DNA of 20,510 nt from Waddliaceae bacterium. GTDB taxonomy: Bacteria; Chlamydiota; Chlamydiia; Chlamydiales; SLFE01. A program made the translations under genes and the position numbers. The stretch covers positions 1 through 20,510 of the forward strand of contig CAWAPJ010000037.1 in NCBI GenBank assembly GCA_963783885.1. Direction: 5' to 3'. Each line of letters starts with the position of its first letter. Position 1 is the first letter of the stretch. The notes below the pieces were generated by a model that saw only the letters and a program-made list of their open reading frames with translations, was not told the origin of the DNA and did not search any database. Shown here in pieces: positions 20,024 to 20,510 of this stretch.

Positions 20024-20510
20024 ATGAATCCTATAGAAAATAATTTCAATCAATAAGCAGCAGCAATCAGTTCAGAACAATCTGGATGTATAGATATTTT
20101 GGACGAGCTGGCAAAGCTGTAGTTTTCAGGTGATACCTTTTGGGTAAGTTGCTTGGATAAAATCCTCACTAATTCTGTTATTCTAAAAAACCAAGATGCC
20201 GCCAAGTCAATATGAAATTGAAGATCTTCGCCATTTTGGGGCCATGCTTTAGTTTTGTTTAAGGACTCCAAATCTCCGGGATATCGCTGGGGACCTGCTT
20301 CCAGATTGAAAGTCAATATATGAGGCATCAAGTGCTTAAGCACTTCAAAAAAAAAGGCAGGCAAAGAAAAATCCGAAGAATTGCGCAATCTCTTGCCCAT
20401 TGACCAGGATAAGATTAAGCAAATAATTCTCAAATATATGCACCTAAAAGGAAGCCTATAGAAAAGATAGGCGGTCTTTGCTTTGGGCTTTTGTCTTTTG
20501 CATATGTATT
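20024..20510 (+). other. Error-rich mirror copy of the 5' part of the protease-ankyrin gene
   Basis: Begins ATGAATCCTATAGAAAATAAT, matching the reverse complement of 7776-7796, and continues to the window end. Confidence 0.9.

Larger units (their letters stand above)
7319..20510. repeat. Giant inverted duplication (fold-back): 13870-20510 is the reverse complement of 7319-13869
   Basis: Apex ...CATCTTGCAATGCTTTTG|CAAAATCATTTGCAAGATG... at 13869/13870. Gene order is mirrored throughout. The window's last bases CATATGTATT are the reverse complement of 7319-7328. Confidence 0.97.

Noticed and set aside
14010..20510. Second set of paralogous genes or pseudogenes
   Set aside because: It is a colinear mirror of the left arm with a sequencing-error-like indel pattern.

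Overview
This looks like bacterial chromosomal DNA, probably from an environmental Chlamydiota-like intracellular bacterium (inferred from the F-box and ankyrin effector-type genes next to rmuC). It has three parts. (1) 1-6244 is a GC-richer housekeeping block: the 5' half of an M42 metallopeptidase (- strand, missing from the ORF track), then a divergent operon encoding a 2H-phosphoesterase (ThpR/LigT)-archease fusion, an RtcB RNA ligase and a ROK sugar kinase, then a DMT/EamA transporter, a 164-bp palindromic MITE-like element and rmuC. (2) 6285-13730 is an AT-richer island of putative secreted effectors: a YopT/C58-like Cys protease with ankyrin repeats, a ~674-aa HD-domain + ART-like protein, an F-box protein and a ~975-aa unknown protein. 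The ~674-aa and ~975-aa genes are split by apparent sequencing indels. (3) 13870-20510 is an error-rich reverse-complement copy of 7319-13869 around a loopless apex at 13869/13870. This is most likely a long-read fold-back artefact, less likely a hairpin telomere. The mirror arm supplies the bases that repair most left-arm frameshifts. The best candidates for novel biology are the ThpR-archease/RtcB RNA-repair module and the HD+ART-like protein.
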